Assembly (NCBI RefSeq): GCF_002310835.1
Contig: NZ_CP011041.1
Span: 1,530,001-1,562,000 of the forward strand
Direction: 5' to 3'
DNA: 32,000 nucleotides
DNA from: Pseudoalteromonas tetraodonis
Lineage (GTDB): Bacteria > Pseudomonadota > Gammaproteobacteria > Enterobacterales > Alteromonadaceae
Numbering within the stretch: the stretch's first letter is position 1; each line of letters begins with the position of its first letter. The position numbers and the translations under genes are program-made. Below are positions 26,321 through 32,000 of this stretch, in pieces. The notes beneath the pieces are model-generated. The model was given only the letters and a program-made list of their open reading frames with translations, did no database searches and was not told where the DNA came from.

Positions 26321-27814
26321 ATGAAGCCAATAAAACACGTCGTCATTGCAGGCGGTGGTACAGCTGGATGGATAGCCGCTGCACTGTTAAATAAAGTATT
26401 AGGTAAAGTAATTAATATTACCCTAATAGAATCAACTCACATTGGCACAGTGGGCGTAGGGGAAGCCACTATACCCCCTATAATGCAGCTAAATAATGCA
26501 TTGGGTATCAATGAACAACACTTTATAAATGCCACTAACGCGACGATTAAGCTTGGTATTGAGTTTGAAAACTGGAAAAGCTCAGCACACAGTTATATGC
26601 ATGCGTTTGGCACTTTGGGTAAAAACTTCCCTTTTTGTGACTTTTATAATTTTTGGCTTAAAGGCCAAACGCAAGGGTGCAAAGATGATTTTTGGGATTT
26701 TTCATTAAATTATCAGGCTGCGAAAAACAATAAATTTGCTCCACTGAATACCATTTCTAATACGTCGTTGCCAGGATTAAGCTACGCGTATCATTTTGAC
26801 GCCAGTTTGTATGCTGAGTTTTTAAAGCACTTAGCCACAGAGCGGGGGGTAAAACATCTAGATGCTAAAATTAATGAGGTCATGCAGTGCCCAACCAGTG
26901 GCAATATTCAGAGCCTAACCCTTGATGATGGCAGCAGTATCAGTGGCGATTTATTTTTAGATTGTACGGGTCTGCGTGCCTTACTGATTGAGCAAACACT
27001 CAATACTGGATATGTAGATTGGTCGCACTACTTACCCTGCGATAGCGCCATTGCAGTACAAACAGCATCAAATGATGAATTAAAACCTTATACACGTTCA
27101 ATTGCGCACAGTGCCGGTTGGCAGTGGCAAATTCCATTACAGCACAGAATGGGGAATGGCTTAGTATATTGTAGCCGCCATATATCTGATGACGACGCAA
27201 AACAATTATTACTCAATAATCTTCCTGCAGAGCCTATTACTGAACCCCGATTAATTAAGTTTAAAACGGGTCGTCGTTTAAAACAGTGGCATAAAAACGT
27301 CGTTGCCATTGGCTTATCGAGTGGGTTTTTAGAGCCACTTGAATCAACCAGTATTCACCTAATACAAAGTGCTGTGACGCGTTTAATTAAGTTATTTCCT
27401 CGCCATGGGGTTAGTGATGCGTTAGTAACAGAATTTAATAAGCAAAGCATCACCGAAATCGAGCATATTCGTGACTTCATTATTTTGCACTATAAGCTAA
27501 CTGAGCGGGAAGATACTCCATTTTGGCGTCAATGTAAGCAAATGGAAATTCCGCAATCGTTAGCGCATAAAATGGATTTATTTAAACAAACAGGCAAAGT
27601 AGTGCGCGAAAACGACGAGTTATTTGCCGAAGTGGCATGGCAACAAGTCATGATAGGTCAAGGCCTATTACCCGATGATTACGGTGCACTAGCAGATTCA
27701 TTAACCAATGAGCAATTAGCCGAGTTATTTAGTAATTTAAAAACATTAATAAATTCAACGGTAGAGCAACTGCCAAGTCACACCGTATTTTTAAGTAGTT
27801 TAAAACCAAAGTAA
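26321..27814 (+). CDS. FAD-dependent tryptophan-halogenase-like protein (TBDR-associated subfamily)
   Basis: ATG 26321 is preferred over the track's GTG 26309. [17 protein letters not shown] (GxGxxG), [12 protein letters not shown] (conserved Lys region), GWQWQIPL (WxWxIP) and [15 protein letters not shown]. Confidence 0.85.
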   Translation: MKPIKHVVIAGGGTAGWIAAALLNKVLGKVINITLIESTHIGTVGVGEATIPPIMQLNNALGINEQHFINATNATIKLGIEFENWKSSAHSYMHAFGTLGKNFPFCDFYNFWLKGQTQGCKDDFWDFSLNYQAAKNNKFAPLNTISNTSLPGLSYAYHFDASLYAEFLKHLATERGVKHLDAKINEVMQCPTSGNIQSLTLDDGSSISGDLFLDCTGLRALLIEQTLNTGYVDWSHYLPCDSAIAVQTASNDELKPYTRSIAHSAGWQWQIPLQHRMGNGLVYCSRHISDDDAKQLLLNNLPAEPITEPRLIKFKTGRRLKQWHKNVVAIGLSSGFLEPLESTSIHLIQSAVTRLIKLFPRHGVSDALVTEFNKQSITEIEHIRDFIILHYKLTEREDTPFWRQCKQMEIPQSLAHKMDLFKQTGKVVRENDELFAEVAWQQVMIGQGLLPDDYGALADSLTNEQLAELFSNLKTLINSTVEQLPSHTVFLSSLKPK

Positions 27815-27877
27815 GCCCCAAAAAAAGTTTCATGCTGGCAGTTTAATTTTTGGGTTAACAGGGTCTGAATATAGCTG

Positions 27878-27891
27878 TGAATACGTATGCA
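27878..27891. promoter_or_regulatory. candidate operator TGAATACGTATGCA
   Basis: 68-80 nt upstream of the amylase start codons, with TATAAA at 27923-27928 downstream of it. Confidence 0.55.
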
Positions 27892-27951
27892 GCAACTGTA
27901 ACCAAACTACAGTTAGCTTTAGTATAAACCAATGACAACACTGAAATAAAA

Positions 27952-29826
27952 ATGACACACACAATGAAAAAAAGATTTTACATACCCTTGCTGCTATTAA
28001 GCACATTAGTTGTGCAAGGCTGCAGTGATGATAATGAAAGCACGCAAGCAAAAACGGTTGTAAATAAGACAGAGCCTGTAAAGCCAGTTGTTTATCAAGT
28101 GTTTACTCGTTTATTTGGTAATACGCAAACAGCTAATATTCCGTGGGGTACTAAAGAGCAAAATGGCGTGGGTAAGTTTGCTGATTTTAACGATGCTGCA
28201 CTTAAAGGTATTAAAGAGTTGGGTACTACGCATGTGTGGTATACCGGCGTTTTACATCATGCCTTAGTGGGTGATTACACCGAATATGGTATTAGTCAGG
28301 ATGATCCAGATGTGGTTAAAGGGCGTGCAGGCTCGCCCTATGCAATTAAAGATTATTACGATGTAAATCCTGATTTGGCGGTAAATGTAACGAACAGAAT
28401 CGAAGAGTTTAGCGCGCTTATTGAACGTACCCACGATCATGATATGAAAGTGATAATAGACATTGTGCCCAATCACGTTGCACGTGATTACCACTCAACG
28501 GCTAAGCCTAATGGCGTTAAAGACTTTGGTGAACAAGACGATACCAGCAAAGACTATGATGTTAATAATAACTTTTATTATGTACCTGGTGAGTCATTTC
28601 AAGTGCCTTCGAGCGACAGTTATCAAGTGCTTGGCGGAAATTCTCATCCCTTAGCTGATGGTAAATTTAATGAAACACCGGCTAAATGGACAGGAAACGG
28701 TGCACGCTCTCCACAGCCTGATATAAACGACTGGTACGAAACAGTAAAAGTAAACTACGGCGTTAAACCCGATGGTAGCCTAGATTTTCCAACTTTACCT
28801 AAGGCGCTAGAACACCAAGACTACCGCGCTCATTACGCCTTTTGGCAAGATAAAGAGTTACCTAATAGCTGGTATAAATTTAGAAATATTGCGCTTTATT
28901 GGTTAGATAAAGGCGTGGATGGCTTTCGCTATGATATGGCTGAAATGGTGCCGGTTGAATTTTGGAGCTTTTTAAATTCATCGATAAAAATGCATAAACC
29001 CGATGCGTTTTTACTTGCAGAAGTGTACAACCCATTGATGTACCGAACTTATATTCACCAAGGTAAAATGGATTACTTGTATGACAAAGTAGGCTTTTAC
29101 GACACCTTAAAAGCCATAATGCAAGGCAAGCAAGCCGCAAGTAGTATTTTTAATGCTCAGCAAAAAGTGGCTGACATAGAGCAACATATGCTGCACTTTT
29201 TAGAAAACCATGACGAGCAACGTATCGCAAGTCCTGATTTTGCCGGCGATGCCGCATTGGGCAAGCCAGCAATGCTGGTCTCTCACCTAATCAGTCGCTC
29301 GCCAAGCTTGCTTTATTTTGGTCAAGATGTCGGTGAAGATGGCTCAGAAAACGCGGGGTTTGGTAGCCCGACTCGCACCAGTATTTTTGACTATATTGGT
29401 GTTCCTGCTCACCAAGCGTGGATGAACAACGGTAAATTTGATGGCGGTCAGTTAACAACTGAACAAGCGCAATTACGCCAATATTACATTTCAATTATGG
29501 CACTTAACGATTTACCAGCGATTGTTGCCGGCGATATGGCACCCTTGTTGGTAACAGGCAGTAATAGAGTGGTAGGTTTTGTACGCACCCTAGGACAGCA
29601 ATCATTATGGGTGCTGAGTAACTTTAGTCAGCAAGCGCAAACAGTCACTATTACGCTCACGCCCAATCAAGCAACAATGCTCAAACCAAACTCAACGCTT
29701 TACGATCTATTAGAGTCGCATAACGGTATTTTGGTGAGCGATGAGAAACAAAATACAACCTTTACGCTGACCCTTGATGCACTCAGTAGTGCCGTTTTAA
29801 CAAATAAGGCTGACCATGAATTATAA
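27952..29826 (+). CDS. GH13 alpha-amylase-family lipoprotein
   Basis: 624 aa (alternative start ATG 27964, MKKRF...). Lipobox LVVQGC|SDD. GH13 regions DIVPNHVA, GFRYDMAEM, LLAEVY and FLENHDE. Confidence 0.85.
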   Translation: MTHTMKKRFYIPLLLLSTLVVQGCSDDNESTQAKTVVNKTEPVKPVVYQVFTRLFGNTQTANIPWGTKEQNGVGKFADFNDAALKGIKELGTTHVWYTGVLHHALVGDYTEYGISQDDPDVVKGRAGSPYAIKDYYDVNPDLAVNVTNRIEEFSALIERTHDHDMKVIIDIVPNHVARDYHSTAKPNGVKDFGEQDDTSKDYDVNNNFYYVPGESFQVPSSDSYQVLGGNSHPLADGKFNETPAKWTGNGARSPQPDINDWYETVKVNYGVKPDGSLDFPTLPKALEHQDYRAHYAFWQDKELPNSWYKFRNIALYWLDKGVDGFRYDMAEMVPVEFWSFLNSSIKMHKPDAFLLAEVYNPLMYRTYIHQGKMDYLYDKVGFYDTLKAIMQGKQAASSIFNAQQKVADIEQHMLHFLENHDEQRIASPDFAGDAALGKPAMLVSHLISRSPSLLYFGQDVGEDGSENAGFGSPTRTSIFDYIGVPAHQAWMNNGKFDGGQLTTEQAQLRQYYISIMALNDLPAIVAGDMAPLLVTGSNRVVGFVRTLGQQSLWVLSNFSQQAQTVTITLTPNQATMLKPNSTLYDLLESHNGILVSDEKQNTTFTLTLDALSSAVLTNKADHEL

Positions 29827-31303
29827 TAACAAACCAACCTTAAGCTTTTGGCAAATATGGAACATGTGCTTTGGCTTTTTAGGCATTCAATTTGGCTTTG
29901 CACTGCAAAACGGTAACGTAAGTCGGATTTTTCAAACCCTTGGGGCGAATGTAGACGATATTCCTATTTTGTGGGTAGCAGCACCACTTACCGGTTTAAT
30001 TGTACAGCCAATTATTGGTTATTGGAGTGATAAGACGTGGGGCAAATTAGGTCGCCGTCGTCCGTTTTTTTTATACGGCGCTATTTTAACCACATTATCG
30101 TTATTTATTATGCCAAACTCACCAACACTTTGGATTGCAGCGGGCATGTTATGGATCATGGATGCATCGATTAACGTCACCATGGAACCATTTCGCGCCC
30201 TTGTAGGCGATAACCTACCAAACAAACAGCGTGCTACTGGCTATGCAATGCAAAGCTTTTTTATAGGCGTAGGCGCCGTGGTTGCTTCTGCACTCCCTTG
30301 GATGATGACGAACTGGTTTGATATTGCCAACACCGCCGCTGCAGGGCAAATTCCTGATTCAGTAAAGTACTCATTTTACTTTGGTGCAGTTGTATTGCTG
30401 GTCGCAGTAGGCTGGACAATTATAACCACCAAAGAATATTCACCTGAAGAATTGGCCGCATTTAATCAACAAGAGCAAGCTAAAGTCGAACAGACGGTTT
30501 GTGCACAAATTAACTTTAGTAAAGGCGGCAGTGTATTTACCGTGTTAGGGCTTGCAGTACTTGGTTTAGTCACGGGATTAAACCTAGAAAAAGAGCTGTA
30601 CCTATTAGCAGCTGGCTTAGTGAGTTTTGGCGTTATTCAATTTATTGCAGCCGCACTACAGGCAAAAAACCACACCAGCGGTGGCTTTTACCAAGTCGTT
30701 AACGATGTATTCACCATGCCAGAGGCGATGAAACAACTTGCTTGGGTACAGTTTTTTAGCTGGTTTGCCTTATTTGCCATGTGGATTTACACCACCTCAG
30801 CGGTAACCAGTTTTCATTATGGTAGCAGTGACACAAGTTCAGCGGCGTATAACAATGGTGCAGACTGGGTGGGTATTTTATTTGCGGCTTACAACGGTTT
30901 TGCTGCATTGGCGGCTTTATGTATCCCGATCATCGTTAAGCGTGTTGGTTTAAAACTAGCGCATGCACTTAACCTTATTTTAGGTGCCTTAGGTTTAGCG
31001 AGCTTTATGTTTATAAAAGATCCGAGCTTACTTATTTGGCCAATGATAGGTATTGGTTTTGCGTGGGCGTCTATATTGTCGTTGCCTTACGCCATGTTAA
31101 GTACCTCAGTACCGAGTCATAAAATGGGTGTGTATATGGGAATATTTAACTTTTTTATTGTGATCCCACAATTATTAGCCGCCAGTGTACTTGGCCTGAT
31201 ACTCCGTCACTTTTTCCAAAATCAACCTATTTACGCATTGATGCTAGGTGCTGTGTCTTTTGTACTTGCAGCGGTTGCTGTACTGCGTGTTAAACAGTCT
31301 TAA
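29816..31303 (+). CDS. MFS/GPH-type sugar:cation symporter (SLC45-like), probable maltose/maltodextrin inner-membrane permease
   Basis: 495 aa with about 12 TM helices. The GYWSDKTWGKLGRRRPFF motif is typical of sucrose/maltose-type GPH/SLC45 carriers. The start overlaps the amylase 3' end by 11 nt. Confidence 0.85.
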   Translation: MNYNNKPTLSFWQIWNMCFGFLGIQFGFALQNGNVSRIFQTLGANVDDIPILWVAAPLTGLIVQPIIGYWSDKTWGKLGRRRPFFLYGAILTTLSLFIMPNSPTLWIAAGMLWIMDASINVTMEPFRALVGDNLPNKQRATGYAMQSFFIGVGAVVASALPWMMTNWFDIANTAAAGQIPDSVKYSFYFGAVVLLVAVGWTIITTKEYSPEELAAFNQQEQAKVEQTVCAQINFSKGGSVFTVLGLAVLGLVTGLNLEKELYLLAAGLVSFGVIQFIAAALQAKNHTSGGFYQVVNDVFTMPEAMKQLAWVQFFSWFALFAMWIYTTSAVTSFHYGSSDTSSAAYNNGADWVGILFAAYNGFAALAALCIPIIVKRVGLKLAHALNLILGALGLASFMFIKDPSLLIWPMIGIGFAWASILSLPYAMLSTSVPSHKMGVYMGIFNFFIVIPQLLAASVLGLILRHFFQNQPIYALMLGAVSFVLAAVAVLRVKQS

Positions 31304-31317
31304 TTTAAGGGGCTAAA

Positions 31318-32000
31318 ATGAAAAAATATAATCTAATTACCGCGACAATATTGGCCGCAGGCCTTGTAGGTTGTGGTGTGCAAAATACGCAAACCAGTGC
31401 AGTAGCGCAAACATCAGTGAGTGCGCCAGGCGCACCAGGCGAAGCCCCATTTTGGGCATACGCAGGCAAAACTGGGATAGGCACGTCTTTTGAGCAATAC
31501 CAAAATGGCCATTACAGTGACGAAGCACCTACAGGTAAAGTGTCAAAAGTATGGTTTTCGATTGCCAAAGGGATGATCACCGAAACCATGTTCGGGCTTA
31601 TTCATCAAGCGCAGATTAAAGACATGCAATTTGTTGTAGTCGGAAAAGATTTTACAGTCACCGAAGCTGACGATTTAGACGTTACCATTGATTACTTATA
31701 CAAAGACGATAAAGGCCGCCCGTTATCATTAGCATACAAAGTAGTAAGCAAAGATAAGCAAGGTCGCTTTAGCCTCGAAAAACATATATTTACCGACCCA
31801 GACGGTCAAAGCTTATTTGTACGCAGTATTTTTAATACCCAGCTTGACGGTGTAAAAGCATATGTAACAGTTAACCCGTATATAAACAACAACGGCTTAG
31901 ATGACTTTGCAAAAACCATCGAGCAAGGATTGGTAGCGTGGCAGGGCGATAATTACTTGTCATTGCAAGGTGCACAGCCATTTAAACAAACAAGTGTTGG
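31318..32000 (+). CDS. GH15 glucoamylase (glucan 1,4-alpha-glucosidase) lipoprotein, N-terminal ~227 codons (continues past the right edge)
   Basis: Open to the window edge and not in the track. AAGGGG Shine-Dalgarno. MKKYNLITATILAAGLVGC|G lipobox. APFWAYAGKTGIGTSFE...KVWFSIAKGMITETMFGLIHQAQIKDMQF resembles the bacterial glucoamylase/glucodextranase N-domain as I recall it. Confidence 0.7.
   Translation, partial: MKKYNLITATILAAGLVGCGVQNTQTSAVAQTSVSAPGAPGEAPFWAYAGKTGIGTSFEQYQNGHYSDEAPTGKVSKVWFSIAKGMITETMFGLIHQAQIKDMQFVVVGKDFTVTEADDLDVTIDYLYKDDKGRPLSLAYKVVSKDKQGRFSLEKHIFTDPDGQSLFVRSIFNTQLDGVKAYVTVNPYINNNGLDDFAKTIEQGLVAWQGDNYLSLQGAQPFKQTSV

Noticed and set aside
19981-27905. The 9-mer TGTAACCAA occurs three times in intergenic DNA (19981, 20326, 27897). 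TAGACTAA occurs three times (about 822, 14023, 14112).
   Set aside because: A back-of-envelope estimate gives hundreds of 9-mers occurring three or more times by chance in 64 kb of two-strand AT-rich sequence. The flanks are not conserved.
27830-28051. 73-aa minus-strand ORF spanning the amylase promoter and 5' end.
   Set aside because: It overlaps the operator/promoter region and the amylase signal-peptide codons. Its Cys/Phe/Leu-rich composition looks like an artefact and it has no Shine-Dalgarno.

Overview
This is an AT-rich gammaproteobacterial chromosome segment. Gene content and synteny suggest a marine Alteromonadales, Pseudoalteromonas-like genome, but that is inference only.

Positions 1-21100 are a housekeeping backbone: ackA (partial) divergent from yfbV, an xthA-membrane protein-rlmA operon, scpB-rluB, yciK, sohB, topA and yqhA. 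Lineage-specific exported proteins are inserted into it: a DUF3718-like protein, a four-EF-hand lipoprotein, a VolA/Pla-1-type lipase lipoprotein and a 903-aa Ig-like lipoprotein. One IS3-family element (1309 bp, 3-bp target duplication) sits in the last 25 codons of a DAACS-family transporter gene. The uninterrupted gene can be rebuilt exactly from the two flanks.

Positions 21100-32000 are a TonB-dependent alpha-glucan (maltodextrin/starch) utilisation locus. It holds a cytoplasmic GH13 alpha-glucosidase, a TonB-dependent receptor, a tryptophan-halogenase-like flavoprotein, a GH13 amylase lipoprotein, an SLC45/GPH-type MFS permease and a GH15 glucoamylase lipoprotein (partial).

I found no rRNA, tRNA or CRISPR array by eye. 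I found no convincing new multi-gene system such as a defence island, toxin-antitoxin pair or secretion apparatus.

The items most worth follow-up are:
- a 14-bp CG-centred palindrome present three times, once in each promoter region of the glucan locus;
- a perfect PdhR/LldR-type GntR palindrome stranded in the middle of a 640-bp non-coding gap;
- the halogenase-like gene, which keeps the halogenase motifs I could check but is insulated by a strong terminator and lacks the locus operator;
- the IS-generated chimeric transporter;
- the large Ig-like lipoprotein with an uncharacterised Cys-paired C-terminal half.

All calls come from reading the sequence and the ORF track. No database search was run.
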